Of a stretch of 64,000 nucleotides of DNA, positions 19,812-37,283 are shown in pieces. This stretch comes from Escherichia phage VEc74. Location of the stretch: sequence record MT932213.1; one strand, written 5' to 3'. The notes under the pieces were generated by a model, which saw only the letters and a list, made by a program, of their open reading frames with translations, made no database searches and was not told the DNA's origin. Every line of letters begins with the position of its first letter. Position 1 is the first letter of the stretch. A program made the position numbers and the translations under genes.

Positions 19812-21616
19812 TGAAACAAAATATTAATATCGGTAATGTTGTAGATGATGGTACCGGTGACTACCTGCGTAAAGGTGGTATAAAAATAAATGAAAACTTT
19901 GATGAGCTTTATTACGAGCTTGGTGACGGTGATGTTCCATATTCAGCTGGTGCCTGGAAAACTTATAATGCTTCATCAGGACAAACACTAACAGCAGAAT
20001 GGGGAAAATCATATGCCATTAACACTTCATCTGGAAGAGTAACTCTACAACTTCCTAAAGGAACCGTTAATGATTATAATAAAGTAATTAAAGCTAGGGA
20101 TGTATTTGCAACATGGAATGTTAATCCAGTTACTCTAGTAGCCGCTTCTGGCGATACTATTAAAGGATCATCGTCATCAGTTGAAATTAATGTTCAATTT
20201 AGCGATTTAGAGTTAGTTTATTGTGCTCCAGGACGTTGGGAATATGTCAAAAACAAGCAAATTGACAAAATTATTAGTTCAGATATTAGTAATGTAGCAC
20301 GTAAAGAATTTTTAGTCGAAGTTCAAGGACAAACAGACTTTTTAGATGTTTTCCGTGGAACTAGCTATAATGTTAATAACATCCGAGTAAAACACCGCGG
20401 TAATGAATTATATTATGGCGATGTATTTAGTGAAAACAGTGACTTTGGCTCTCCTGGGGAAAATGAAGGAGAATTGATTCCTCTTGATGGATTTAATATT
20501 AGGTTAAGACAGCCTTGTAATATTGGTGACACTGTTCAAATTGAAACATTTATGGATGGTGTATCACAATGGAGAAGTTCATATACAAGACGCCAAATAA
20601 AAGTATTAGATTCAAAATTAACGTCAAAAACTTCTTTAGAAGGAAGTATTTACGTTACTGATTTATCAACAATGAAATCAATTCCATTCTCTGCATTTGG
20701 ATTAATTCCTGGAGAACCTATTAATCCTAATTCTCTTGAAGTTCGTTTTAATGGAATTTTACAACAACAAGCTGGAACAGCCGGATATCCTCTGTTTTTG
20801 TGTGAAGGTGCTAATTCAGATACGCAAGCAGGATGTATATCTCTTGGTGGTGAATGGAAAGAATCGAATACAGATTATTCTATAGAATATGAAGATGGAA
20901 AACCTGTCAGTCTTTTATTTGATAGAAAATTTGAATCTGGCGATATAATCGTTATAACATGGTTCAATAATGATTTAGGAACTCTTTTAGAAAAAGATGA
21001 CATTATTGAATTAACTGATGACCGTTATGTTAGTAAAGGATCATCTACTGAAGTTACTGGTGATGTAGCCTTAACAGATTTTGATAAAATCGGTTGGCCA
21101 AATGTTGAAAAAGTTGATTCTTATACTAGAACGTATAATTCAATATCATCTATTTTCGATAGCATTTATCCTGTTGGTTCAATTTATGAAAATGCTATAA
21201 ATCCAAATAATCCAGTGACTTATATGGGATTTGGTTCATGGAAATTATTTGGTAAAGGGCAGGTTTTAGTAGGATGGAATGATGATGTTACAGATCCAAA
21301 CTTTGCATTAAACAATAATGATTTAGATTCTAGCGGAAATCCTTCACATACCGCCGGTGGAACAGTTGGTACAACATCAGTAACGCTTGAAAACGCAAAT
21401 CTTCCTGCGACTAAAACTGATGAAAGAGTTTTAATTGAAGACGAAAATGGATCAGTTATTATTGGAGGATGTCAATATGACCCAGACGAAACTGGTCCTA
21501 TATATACAAAATATCGTGAAGACTACGCAACAACAAACTCTTCACATACTCCTCCTGCTAATATTAGTAATATTCAACCGTCTATTACTGTATACCGTTG
21601 GATAAGGATTGCATAA
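19811..21616 (+). CDS. 10: baseplate wedge protein gp10, 601 aa
   Basis: Size and order as in T4. Confidence 0.95.
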   Translation: MKQNINIGNVVDDGTGDYLRKGGIKINENFDELYYELGDGDVPYSAGAWKTYNASSGQTLTAEWGKSYAINTSSGRVTLQLPKGTVNDYNKVIKARDVFATWNVNPVTLVAASGDTIKGSSSSVEINVQFSDLELVYCAPGRWEYVKNKQIDKIISSDISNVARKEFLVEVQGQTDFLDVFRGTSYNVNNIRVKHRGNELYYGDVFSENSDFGSPGENEGELIPLDGFNIRLRQPCNIGDTVQIETFMDGVSQWRSSYTRRQIKVLDSKLTSKTSLEGSIYVTDLSTMKSIPFSAFGLIPGEPINPNSLEVRFNGILQQQAGTAGYPLFLCEGANSDTQAGCISLGGEWKESNTDYSIEYEDGKPVSLLFDRKFESGDIIVITWFNNDLGTLLEKDDIIELTDDRYVSKGSSTEVTGDVALTDFDKIGWPNVEKVDSYTRTYNSISSIFDSIYPVGSIYENAINPNNPVTYMGFGSWKLFGKGQVLVGWNDDVTDPNFALNNNDLDSSGNPSHTAGGTVGTTSVTLENANLPATKTDERVLIEDENGSVIIGGCQYDPDETGPIYTKYREDYATTNSSHTPPANISNIQPSITVYRWIRIA

Positions 21617-22275
21617 TGAGTTTACTTAATAATAAAGCGGGAGTTATTTCCCGCTTAGCAGATTTTCTTGGTTTTAGAACTAAGAAAAATGATATTTCGG
21701 TTATGAATAATCAGCCGGTAGGCGCTGTAACAATTTCACAAATAGCAAAAGGTTTTTATGACCCAAATGTAGAATCTGCTATCAATGATGTTAGAAATAT
21801 GGCAGAGCAACAGGTTGGAGCTGTATTAATTAATATAAGCGGCGTATCTCCTACTGGAGTGCAACAAACAGACTATTGGTCATTTGAAGGAACTGTTACT
21901 GATACTTCAGCCAAACCAGGTGACCCAGTTATTGTTAACATGTTTGGTATTCCAGTTAAAGCTACTAACGGAATGACTTCAATTGAATTTACCAGTGCCG
22001 TTAGAATAGCTCTACAGGAAATGGTTGCAAAATTTATTGCAATTGATTCATTTGAAGACCATCCTACAATAGGAAATAAAATACAAGTTAAGTATTTAGA
22101 TAACCAAGAACATATCTTAGAGCAATACTCTGATAAAGGAATTACTTTCAAACAAGAAATAATTTCTCCTTCTAAACCTGGATATGGAACTTGGCAATTA
22201 TTAGGTGCGCAAACTGTCACGTTAGATAGTCACACACAACCTACAGTATTTTATTATTTTGAGAGAATAGCATGA
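21616..22275 (+). CDS. 11: baseplate wedge protein gp11, 219 aa
   Basis: Start set at [20 protein letters not shown] (TAATG overlap with gene 10 stop) rather than the upstream ATG of ORF 21598..22275. Confidence 0.9.
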   Translation: MSLLNNKAGVISRLADFLGFRTKKNDISVMNNQPVGAVTISQIAKGFYDPNVESAINDVRNMAEQQVGAVLINISGVSPTGVQQTDYWSFEGTVTDTSAKPGDPVIVNMFGIPVKATNGMTSIEFTSAVRIALQEMVAKFIAIDSFEDHPTIGNKIQVKYLDNQEHILEQYSDKGITFKQEIISPSKPGYGTWQLLGAQTVTLDSHTQPTVFYYFERIA

Positions 22276-23828
22276 GTAATAATACATATCAGCACGTATC
22301 AAATGAATCAAAATATGTTAAATTCGATCCAGTAGGATCGAATTTTCCTGACACTGTTACGACGGTGCAATCTGCATTATCAAAAATAAGTAATATCGGC
22401 GTAAATGGTATTCCTGATGCAACTATGGAAGTTAAAGGAATAGCAATGATTGCATCAGAGCAAGAGGTTTTAGATGGAACAAATAATTCTAAAATCGTTA
22501 CACCAGCTACATTAGCAACAAGATTATTGTATCCAAATGCTACTGAAACTAAATATGGTTTAACGCGCTATTCAACAAATGAAGAAACATTAGAAGGCTC
22601 AGATAATAATTCATCAATAACACCACAAAAACTGAAATATCACACTGATGATGTGTTCCAAAATAGATATTCGTCTGAGTCATCAAACGGGGTTATTAAA
22701 ATATCATCTACGCCTGCAGCTTTAGCTGGTGTTGATGATACTACGGCGATGACTCCGTTGAAAACCCAAAAACTTGCAATAAAATTAATTTCACAAATAG
22801 CTCCTTCAGAAGACACTGCAACAGAATCCGTGAGAGGAGTAGTTCAATTATCTACTGTTGCACAAACTCGTCAAGGAACTCTCCGTGAAGGATATGCAAT
22901 TTCCCCGTATACCTTTATGAATTCTGTTGCAACACAAGAATATAAGGGTATTATACGTCTAGGAACACAAGCAGAAATTAATAATAATTTGGGGGATGTT
23001 GCAGTAACAGGTGAAACACTAAATGGTCGAGGAGCTACCGGTTCTATGCGTGGGGTAGTAAAATTAACGACGCAAGCTGGTATTGCTCCTGAAGGTGATA
23101 GCTCTGGGGCATTAGCCTGGAACGCAGATGTAATTAATACTCGTGGTGGACAAACTATTAATGGTTCTTTAAATTTAGATCATCTCACAGCAAATGGAAT
23201 TTGGTCGCGCGGCGGAATGTGGAAAAATGGCGATCAACCTGTTGCCACTGAAAGATATGCGTCCGAACGGGTTCCGGTTGGAACTATTATGATGTTTGCG
23301 GGTGATTCAGCACCTCCAGGTTGGATTATGTGTCATGGTGGAACTGTGTCAGGAGATCAATATCCTGATTATAGAAACACGGTTGGAACAAGATTTGGTG
23401 GGGATTGGAATAATCCAGGGATTCCTGATATGCGAGGTCTTTTTGTTAGAGGAGCGGGCACCGGCGGTCATATTTTAAATCAACGAGGACAAGATGGTTA
23501 TGGGAAGGATAGACTTGGTGTAGGATGTGATGGAATGCATGTTGGTGGTGTTCAAGCACAACAAATATCATACCATAAACATGCTGGTGCCTGGGGGGAA
23601 AATGGAAATAACAGAGGTTATGCACCGTTTGGCGCATCTAATGGCAATGGATATTTGGGCAATGGTAGAAGCGCCGACTGGGACAACCATTTGTTCTTTA
23701 CTAATGACGGATTTGAAATGGGTGGTCCTCGTGACTCGTTCGGCACGTTAAATCGCGAAGGATTAATTGGTTATGAAACTAGACCATGGAATATATCATT
23801 AAACTATATTATTAAAATTCATTACTAA
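22272..23828 (+). CDS. 12: short tail fibre protein gp12, 518 aa
   Basis: Size and order as in T4. Confidence 0.95.
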   Translation: MSNNTYQHVSNESKYVKFDPVGSNFPDTVTTVQSALSKISNIGVNGIPDATMEVKGIAMIASEQEVLDGTNNSKIVTPATLATRLLYPNATETKYGLTRYSTNEETLEGSDNNSSITPQKLKYHTDDVFQNRYSSESSNGVIKISSTPAALAGVDDTTAMTPLKTQKLAIKLISQIAPSEDTATESVRGVVQLSTVAQTRQGTLREGYAISPYTFMNSVATQEYKGIIRLGTQAEINNNLGDVAVTGETLNGRGATGSMRGVVKLTTQAGIAPEGDSSGALAWNADVINTRGGQTINGSLNLDHLTANGIWSRGGMWKNGDQPVATERYASERVPVGTIMMFAGDSAPPGWIMCHGGTVSGDQYPDYRNTVGTRFGGDWNNPGIPDMRGLFVRGAGTGGHILNQRGQDGYGKDRLGVGCDGMHVGGVQAQQISYHKHAGAWGENGNNRGYAPFGASNGNGYLGNGRSADWDNHLFFTNDGFEMGGPRDSFGTLNREGLIGYETRPWNISLNYIIKIHY

Positions 23829-23837
23829 GGATTACAA

Positions 23838-25295
23838 ATGATTGAATTAAAAGATTTACCTTTTGTTGATAGCGTTCCTGGCGAAGGTCAGGAACGTATT
23901 TCATGGATTAAAAATGGTGAAGAAATACTAGGAGCTAGTACTAAGTATGGAAACGATGGATCAATGAATAGACCAACTGTTTCCGTGTTTAAAAATGTCG
24001 AAGTTCTTGATGAAAATGTGGGAATTCTTAAAACTGCCGTTGAAACATCACAGGAAGATATTAAAACAATTCAAGGCATTTTAGATGTATCAGGAGATAT
24101 AGAAGCACTATCGCAGATCAGCGTTAATAAAAATGATATATCAAATTTAAAGACGCTTACAAATGAACACACTGATATATTAAATGGTACAAATAACACA
24201 GTTGACCGCATTCTTTCTGATATAGGTCCATTTAATGAGCAAGCAAATTCAGTTTATAGAACGATTAGAAATGATTTGCTGTGGATTAAAAGGGAATTAG
24301 GACAATATGCTGGACAAGATATTAATGGTCTTCCTGTTGTAGGAAATAGCAGCACGGGAATGAAGCATCGTATCATTAATAATACGGATGCTATAACTTC
24401 GCAAGGAATACGTCTAAGTGATTTGGAAGAAAAATTTATTGAATCTGATGTAGGTTCGCTTACAATCGAAGTAGGAAATCTTAGACAGGAATTAGGACAA
24501 AGACCATCTTCATTTAGTGAAAGCATATATTCGCGTGTGCATAATTTAGATCAAGCACAAATTGATCTAAATTCTGAAATTAAATTTATAAAAACTTCTA
24601 TTGGATATCCAGGAAATACTTCAATAATCACAGATGTCAATGTCAATAGTCAAGAAATTTCAGCTTTAAATGATGAACTAAATAAAAGCGGAGGTGTTAA
24701 ACAACGATTAACTATTATTGAAACATCGATTGGTTCAGATGATATTCCTTCTAGTATTAAAGGTCGAATTAAAGATAATACTACTTCTATTGAATCTTTA
24801 AATGGAATTGTAGGTGAAAACACCTCGTCTGGTTTAAGAGCTAATGTTTCATGGTTAAACCAAATTGTTGGAACTGATTCTAGCGGTGGACAACCTTCTC
24901 CTCCTGGGTCTCTTTTAAATAGAATTTCAACAGTTGAAACTTCCGTTAATAGATTGAACAATGATGTTCAAAACTTACAAGTTGAAATTGGTAATAACAA
25001 TTCCGGAATTAAAGGACAAGTTGTAGCATTAAATCAATTAGTAAATGGAACAAATCCAAATGGCTCAACTGTCGAAGAACGCGGATTGACTAATTCAATA
25101 AAAGCTAATGAGACTAACATTGCTTCAATTAATCAAGAGATTCGTAGCATTAAAAGCGATGTATCTTCATTACAAAGGGATGTCCAGACTTTACAGGAAG
25201 CCGGTTATATTCCTGAAGCACCAAGAGATGGGCAAGCTTACGTTCGTAAAGACGGCGAATGGGTATTGCTTTCTACCTTTTTATCACCAGCATAA
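23838..25295 (+). CDS. wac: fibritin (whisker antigen control), 485 aa
   Basis: C-terminal foldon [27 protein letters not shown] recognised; coiled-coil body. Confidence 0.95.
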   Translation: MIELKDLPFVDSVPGEGQERISWIKNGEEILGASTKYGNDGSMNRPTVSVFKNVEVLDENVGILKTAVETSQEDIKTIQGILDVSGDIEALSQISVNKNDISNLKTLTNEHTDILNGTNNTVDRILSDIGPFNEQANSVYRTIRNDLLWIKRELGQYAGQDINGLPVVGNSSTGMKHRIINNTDAITSQGIRLSDLEEKFIESDVGSLTIEVGNLRQELGQRPSSFSESIYSRVHNLDQAQIDLNSEIKFIKTSIGYPGNTSIITDVNVNSQEISALNDELNKSGGVKQRLTIIETSIGSDDIPSSIKGRIKDNTTSIESLNGIVGENTSSGLRANVSWLNQIVGTDSSGGQPSPPGSLLNRISTVETSVNRLNNDVQNLQVEIGNNNSGIKGQVVALNQLVNGTNPNGSTVEERGLTNSIKANETNIASINQEIRSIKSDVSSLQRDVQTLQEAGYIPEAPRDGQAYVRKDGEWVLLSTFLSPA

Positions 25296-25298
25296 CAT

Positions 25299-25314
25299 GG
25301 GGCCGCAAGGCCCC
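25299..25314 (+). terminator. GC hairpin GGGGCCGCAAGGCCCC after wac
   Basis: Perfect inverted repeat directly after the stop; weak T-tract. Confidence 0.5.
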
Positions 25315-25326
25315 AAAGGATTTTAA

Positions 25327-27028
<1,702 letters not shown>

Positions 27029-27069
27029 TAAATATTATAAACTAATTAAAGCCCAGATTAGGAGAAATC

Positions 27070-30210
<3,141 letters not shown>

Positions 30211-30238
30211 TATTAAAGCATATTAAAGAGGATTAAAA

Positions 30239-32218
30239 ATGACTTTATTATCTCCGGGCATTGAGCTCAAAGAAACTACGGTTCAAAGCACCGTGGTTAA
30301 TAACTCTACTGGTACAGCAGCTTTGGCCGGTAAATTCCAGTGGGGTCCTGCTTTTCAGATTAAACAGGTTACAAATGAAGTAGATTTAGTTAATACTTTT
30401 GGTCAACCAACCGCTGAAACTGCTGACTATTTTATGTCTGCGATGAATTTCTTGCAGTACGGAAATGACTTACGAGTAGTTCGTGCTGTTGATAGAGATA
30501 CCGCTAAAAACTCATCTCCGATTGCTGGTAATATTGAATACACAATTTCTACCCCAGGTAGTAACTATGCAGTTGGAGATAAAATCACGGTCAAATATGT
30601 TTCAGATGATATTGAAACTGAAGGTAAAATTACTGAAGTAGACGCAGATGGAAAAATTAAGAAAATTAATATTCCTACTGCAAAAATTATCGCTAAAGCG
30701 AAAGAAGTCGGTGAATATCCGGAATTAGGTTCTAACTGGACTGCGGAAATTTCTTCGTCTTCCTCTGGTTTAGCTGCAGTAATAACTCTTGGAAAAATTA
30801 TTACTGATTCTGGTATTTTATTAGCTGAAATTGAAAATGCTGAAGCTGCTATGACAGCGGTTGACTTTCAAGCAAATCTCAAAAAATACGGAATTCCAGG
30901 AGTAGTAGCTCTTTATCCAGGCGAATTAGGCGATAAAATTGAAATTGAAATCGTATCTAAAGCTGACTATGCAAAAGGAGCTTCTGCATTACTCCCAATT
31001 TATCCAGGTGGTGGTACTCGTGCATCTACTGCTAAAGCAGTGTTTGGATATGGACCACAAACTGATTCACAGTATGCTATTATAGTTCGTCGTAATGATG
31101 CTATTGTTCAAAGCGTTGTTCTTTCAACTAAGCGTGGTGAAAAAGATATTTACGATAGTAACATCTATATCGATGACTTTTTCGCAAAAGGTGGTTCAGA
31201 ATATATTTTTGCAACTGCACAAAACTGGCCAGAAGGCTTCTCTGGAATTTTAACTCTGTCTGGTGGATTATCATCAAATGCTGAAGTAACAGCAGGAGAT
31301 TTGATGGAAGCTTGGGACTTCTTTGCTGACCGTGAATCTGTTGACGTTCAACTGTTTATTGCGGGTTCTTGTGCCGGTGAATCTTTAGAAACAGCATCTA
31401 CTGTCCAAAAACACGTCGTTTCAATTGGGGATGCTCGCCAAGATTGCTTAGTATTGTGCTCTCCTCCGCGTGAAACTGTAGTTGGAATTCCTGTAACTCG
31501 TGCAGTAGATAATTTAGTTAACTGGAGAACTGCGGCAGGTTCATACACTGATAATAACTTTAATATCAGTTCAACCTACGCAGCAATTGATGGTAACTAT
31601 AAGTATCAGTATGACAAATATAATGATGTGAATCGTTGGGTTCCATTAGCAGCTGATATTGCTGGTTTATGCGCAAGAACTGATAACGTATCTCAGACTT
31701 GGATGTCTCCAGCTGGTTATAATCGTGGTCAGATTCTTAATGTTATTAAACTTGCTATTGAAACTCGCCAGGCTCAGCGCGACCGTTTATACCAAGAAGC
31801 TATCAACCCGGTAACCGGTACAGGCGGTGATGGTTACGTATTGTATGGTGATAAAACAGCTACTTCTGTTCCTTCTCCATTTGATCGTATTAACGTTCGT
31901 CGTCTGTTTAATATGTTAAAAACGAATATCGGACGTAGTTCAAAATATCGTTTGTTCGAATTAAACAACGCGTTTACTCGTTCATCATTCCGCACAGAAA
32001 CTGCCCAGTACTTACAGGGAATTAAAGCTCTCGGTGGAATTTATGAATATCGTGTAGTTTGCGATACAACAAATAATACTCCGTCAGTAATTGATAGAAA
32101 TGAGTTTGTTGCAACATTCTACATCCAACCGGCTCGTAGTATAAATTATATCCAACTTAATTTCGTCGCAACTGCTACTGGTGCAGATTTTGATGAGTTA
32201 ACTGGTCTTGCAGGTTAA
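30239..32218 (+). CDS. 18: tail sheath protein gp18, 659 aa
   Basis: Size and order as in T4. Confidence 0.95.
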   Translation: MTLLSPGIELKETTVQSTVVNNSTGTAALAGKFQWGPAFQIKQVTNEVDLVNTFGQPTAETADYFMSAMNFLQYGNDLRVVRAVDRDTAKNSSPIAGNIEYTISTPGSNYAVGDKITVKYVSDDIETEGKITEVDADGKIKKINIPTAKIIAKAKEVGEYPELGSNWTAEISSSSSGLAAVITLGKIITDSGILLAEIENAEAAMTAVDFQANLKKYGIPGVVALYPGELGDKIEIEIVSKADYAKGASALLPIYPGGGTRASTAKAVFGYGPQTDSQYAIIVRRNDAIVQSVVLSTKRGEKDIYDSNIYIDDFFAKGGSEYIFATAQNWPEGFSGILTLSGGLSSNAEVTAGDLMEAWDFFADRESVDVQLFIAGSCAGESLETASTVQKHVVSIGDARQDCLVLCSPPRETVVGIPVTRAVDNLVNWRTAAGSYTDNNFNISSTYAAIDGNYKYQYDKYNDVNRWVPLAADIAGLCARTDNVSQTWMSPAGYNRGQILNVIKLAIETRQAQRDRLYQEAINPVTGTGGDGYVLYGDKTATSVPSPFDRINVRRLFNMLKTNIGRSSKYRLFELNNAFTRSSFRTETAQYLQGIKALGGIYEYRVVCDTTNNTPSVIDRNEFVATFYIQPARSINYIQLNFVATATGADFDELTGLAG

Positions 32219-32226
32219 TTGATTAT

Positions 32227-32240
32227 GGGGCTTCGGCCCC
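32227..32240 (+). terminator. GC hairpin GGGGCTTCGGCCCC (UUCG tetraloop) after gene 18
   Basis: Perfect inverted repeat 9 nt after the gene 18 stop. Confidence 0.55.
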
Positions 32241-32305
32241 TATTCTCGAGGAATCAAGTGATTATTTCTAAGTTTGTTACAATAAAACCAAGAAATCATT
32301 CAAAA

Positions 32306-32863
32306 ATGTGGTCGACAATTCTGGGATATAAAGTATTATATCATGATACAGTATCTGTTCCAATAGAATTAATGCCAAAGAATAGTAATAAAATAGTTGA
32401 CGCTAAATGTGATTTATGTGGTATTAAATTTAGTAGAAGCATTCAGCTTTTAAATAGAACACCCACGCATGCATGTAGAAAATGTAGCATTAAACAAGTT
32501 GCTATTAAAAATTCGGAAGTTCAATCTGGAATAAGTAGACCATGGCAAAGAGGTGATAAACATCCTCGATGGACTGGTAAAAGAAAAGAGTTTGCATTAT
32601 ATGCTAGTAGAGTTCATTCTATAACTAAGTCAGCTAAAATAAGAAAAATCTGGTCAAAATGGCCGAATGCTGATAAAATAGGAGTGTGTGGCGTAGAAGG
32701 TGCTTACCAACTCGATCATAAAGTATCTATCAAATATGGATTTGATAATTTAATTCCGCCGGAAATTATAGCAAGCGTAAAAAATTTAGAAATAATCACT
32801 TGGGAATCTAACCGAGAAAAGTCAAAAAGAAATAGCGTAGATCTTTGGGATTTACTAGAATGA
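32306..32863 (+). CDS. HNH-family homing endonuclease inserted between genes 18 and 19, about 185 aa (start uncertain; the ORF is open from 32219)
   Basis: Motifs CDLCGIKF...ACRKC (zinc-ribbon CxxC pairs) and YQLDHKVSIKYGFDN...NLEIITWESNREKSKRN (His-Asn-His); first ATG after the hairpin taken as start. Confidence 0.7.
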   Translation: MWSTILGYKVLYHDTVSVPIELMPKNSNKIVDAKCDLCGIKFSRSIQLLNRTPTHACRKCSIKQVAIKNSEVQSGISRPWQRGDKHPRWTGKRKEFALYASRVHSITKSAKIRKIWSKWPNADKIGVCGVEGAYQLDHKVSIKYGFDNLIPPEIIASVKNLEIITWESNREKSKRNSVDLWDLLE

Positions 32864-32870
32864 TTCTAAA

Positions 32871-32888
32871 GGCCTGTTTCGGCAGGCC
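32871..32888 (+). terminator. hairpin GGCCTGTTTCGGCAGGCC after the HNH gene
   Basis: Inverted repeat read directly. Confidence 0.45.
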
Positions 32889-32889
32889 A

Positions 32890-32897
32890 TATAAATA
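32890..32897 (+). promoter_or_regulatory. late promoter TATAAATA (first of two upstream of gene 19)
   Basis: Exact consensus immediately after the hairpin. Confidence 0.55.
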
Positions 32898-32948
32898 CAC
32901 TATATCCTTAATTCTTTAATTCTATATGCCCTAGGTTAAACATAGGGA

Positions 32949-32956
32949 TATAAATA
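32949..32956 (+). promoter_or_regulatory. late promoter TATAAATA upstream of gene 19
   Basis: Exact consensus 15 nt before the ATG. Confidence 0.65.
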
Positions 32957-32970
32957 CTACAGAGGCTAAT

Positions 32971-33462
32971 ATGTTTGTAGATGATGTAACACGAGCGTTT
33001 GAATCTGGTGATTTTGCTCGACCTAACTTATTCCAAGTAGAAATTTCTTATCTTGGACAAAATTTTACGTTTCAATGTAAAGCCACTGCTTTACCAGCTG
33101 GTATTGTAGAAAAAATTCCAGTCGGATTTATGAACCGTAAAATTAACGTAGCAGGCGATCGTACATTCGATGACTGGACTGTTACAGTAATGAACGATGA
33201 AGCTCATGATGCTCGCCAGAAGTTTGTTGATTGGCAAAGCATTGCTGCGGGGCAAGGAAACGAAATTACTGGTGGAAAACCTGCAGAGTATAAAAAGAGC
33301 GCTATCGTCCGTCAATATGCTCGTGACGCTAAAACAGTAACAAAAGAAATTGAAATTAAAGGTCTGTGGCCTACTAACGTGGGTGAACTTCAATTAGATT
33401 GGGATTCAAACAATGAAATCCAAACATTTGAAGTAACTCTTGCTCTCGATTATTGGGAATAA
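32971..33462 (+). CDS. 19: tail tube protein gp19, 163 aa
   Basis: Size and position as in T4. Confidence 0.95.
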   Translation: MFVDDVTRAFESGDFARPNLFQVEISYLGQNFTFQCKATALPAGIVEKIPVGFMNRKINVAGDRTFDDWTVTVMNDEAHDARQKFVDWQSIAAGQGNEITGGKPAEYKKSAIVRQYARDAKTVTKEIEIKGLWPTNVGELQLDWDSNNEIQTFEVTLALDYWE

Positions 33463-33469
33463 AATGAAT

Positions 33470-33483
33470 GGGGAGAAATCCCC
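33470..33483 (+). terminator. hairpin GGGGAGAAATCCCC after gene 19
   Basis: Inverted repeat read directly. Confidence 0.45.
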
Positions 33484-33494
33484 ATCCTGCTTAA

Positions 33495-35119
<1,625 letters not shown>

Positions 35120-35120
<1 letters not shown>

Positions 35121-35362
35121 TGGAAGGTTTAATTGAAGCTATTAAATCAAACGACCTCGTAGCCGCTCGTAAATTATTTGCTGAAGCCATGGCTGCAAGA
35201 ACGATTGATTTAATTAAAGAAGAAAAAATCGCTATCGCTCGTAATTTCTTAATCGAAGGTGAAGAACCTGAAGACGAGGATGAAGATGATGATGACGAAG
35301 ATAGCGATGATAAAGACGACAAAAAAGACAAAGACTCTGACGAAGACGAGGATGATGAATAA
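35120..35362 (+). CDS. 67: prohead core protein gp67, 80 aa, acidic C-terminus
   Basis: Sequence [22 protein letters not shown]... and poly-Asp/Glu tail recognised. Confidence 0.9.
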
Positions 35363-35787
35363 TGCTTCTGATCCCTGAAACTCATGAATTAGTTCTCGAG
35401 AATGTCGAAGCACTTATTCCTGAAGCACAGGGTCGCTTTGACGAATTGTCTTCTGCTTTAAATAAAGACGATATAAATACAATTGTCGAGAATATGCTTG
35501 ATGATGAAACTGATTTAGCGGTTGCATTAGCTTCTATTAATGAAAATATGCCGTTAAATGAATTCATCGTTAAACATGTTTCTGCCCGTGGTGAAATTAC
35601 TCGCACTAAAGATCGCAAAACCCGCGAACGAAATGCATTTCAAACCACTGGGCTGTCTAAAGCAAAACGTAGACAAATTGCTCGTAAAGCTACCAAAACG
35701 AAGATTGCCAATCCAGCAGGTCAATCTCGTGCTCAGCGTAAGCGTAAAAAAGCTCTTAAACGCCGTAAAGCATTAGGATTAAGCTAA
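35362..35787 (+). CDS. 68: prohead core protein gp68, 141 aa
   Basis: Size and position between 67 and 21. Confidence 0.9.
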
Positions 35788-36425
35788 TGAATGAACCCCA
35801 ATTACTAATTGAAACTTGGGGTCAACCTGGCGAAATTATTGATGGCGTACCAATGCTTGAATCTCATGATGGAAAAGACTTAGGTTTAAAACCGGGTTTA
35901 TACATCGAAGGAATATTCATGCAAGCGGAAGTCGTCAATAGAAATAAACGTCTTTATCCAAAACGTATATTAGAAAAAGCGGTAAAAGACTATATTAATG
36001 AGCAAGTTTTAACTAAACAAGCTCTCGGAGAATTAAATCATCCTCCACGCGCTAATGTTGACCCGATGCAAGCCGCTATCATTATAGAAGATATGTGGTG
36101 GAAAGGAAATGACGTATACGGACGAGCTCGTGTTATTGAAGGTGACCATGGTCCTGGAGATAAATTAGCAGCTAATATTCGTGCCGGATGGATTCCAGGA
36201 GTTTCTTCTCGTGGATTAGGTTCATTGACTGACACAAATAAAGGTTATCGTATCGTAAACGAAGGATTCAAATTAACTGTAGGTGTTGATGCAGTATGGG
36301 GTCCAAGTGCTCCAGATGCATGGGTAACTCCTAAGGAAATTACCGAATCACAGACGGCGGAAGCCGATACAAGTGCCGATGACGCCTATATGGCTCTCGC
36401 AGAGGCCATGAAAAAAGCGTTATAA
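35787..36425 (+). CDS. 21: prohead core protease gp21, 212 aa
   Basis: Size and order as in T4. Confidence 0.95.
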   Translation: MNEPQLLIETWGQPGEIIDGVPMLESHDGKDLGLKPGLYIEGIFMQAEVVNRNKRLYPKRILEKAVKDYINEQVLTKQALGELNHPPRANVDPMQAAIIIEDMWWKGNDVYGRARVIEGDHGPGDKLAANIRAGWIPGVSSRGLGSLTDTNKGYRIVNEGFKLTVGVDAVWGPSAPDAWVTPKEITESQTAEADTSADDAYMALAEAMKKAL

Positions 36426-36428
36426 ATA
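36421..36428 (+). promoter_or_regulatory. late promoter TATAAATA upstream of gene 22
   Basis: Exact consensus overlapping the gene 21 stop. Confidence 0.65.
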
Positions 36429-36455
36429 TTATTATCTAAACAACAGGACTACAAA

Positions 36456-37265
36456 ATGCTTAAAGAACAACTGATTGCCGAAGCGCAGAAAATTGATGCT
36501 TCCGTTGCTCTTGATAGTATTTTCGAATCAGTTAATATTTCTCCGGAAGCAAAAGAAACTTTCGGCACTGTATTCGAAGCTACCGTCAAGCAGCACGCCG
36601 TTAAATTAGCTGAATCTCATATCGCTAAAATTGCTGAAAGGGCAGAAGAAGAAGTAGAAAAAAATAAAGAAGAAGCCGAAGAAAAAGCTGAGAAGAAAAT
36701 CGCTGAGCAAGCTTCTAAATTCATTGACCATCTTGCGAAAGAATGGCTCGCTGAAAATAAATTAGCAGTTGATAAAGGCATCAAAGCCGAACTGTTTGAA
36801 TCCATGCTTGGTGGATTAAAAGAGCTCTTTGTTGAACACAACGTTGTTGTTCCAGAAGAATCAGTTGATGTTGTGGCTGAAATGGAAGAAGAGCTGCAAG
36901 AACATAAAGAAGAATCAGCTCGTCTGTTCGAAGAACTCAATATGCGCGACGCATATATTAATTATGTGCAGCGTGAAGTGGCATTGAGCGAAAGTACTAA
37001 AGATCTGACTGAGTCTCAAAAAGAAAAAGTCTCTGCTCTGGTCGAAGGTATGGATTATTCAGATGCATTCTCAAGTAAATTGAGTGCAATCGTAGAAATG
37101 GTGAAGAAATCTAATAAAGATGAAAGCACTATTACTGAGAGTATAAATACTCCTGATACTGAAGCAGCCGGACTGAATTTCGTCACTGAAGCTGTAGAAG
37201 ATAAAGCTGCACAGGGTGCAGAAGATATTGTAAGTGTATATGCGAAAGTCGCATCTCGTTTCTAA
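36456..37265 (+). CDS. 22: prohead core scaffold protein gp22, 269 aa
   Basis: Glu/Lys-rich coiled-coil; size and order as in T4. Confidence 0.95.
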   Translation: MLKEQLIAEAQKIDASVALDSIFESVNISPEAKETFGTVFEATVKQHAVKLAESHIAKIAERAEEEVEKNKEEAEEKAEKKIAEQASKFIDHLAKEWLAENKLAVDKGIKAELFESMLGGLKELFVEHNVVVPEESVDVVAEMEEELQEHKEESARLFEELNMRDAYINYVQREVALSESTKDLTESQKEKVSALVEGMDYSDAFSSKLSAIVEMVKKSNKDESTITESINTPDTEAAGLNFVTEAVEDKAAQGAEDIVSVYAKVASRF

Positions 37266-37283
37266 TTTTAAAGGTTAACACAA

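Noticed and set aside
35282-35362. Asp/Glu-rich stretch at the end of ORF 35120..35362 as a possible repeat expansion
   Set aside because: This is the expected acidic C-terminus of prohead core protein gp67
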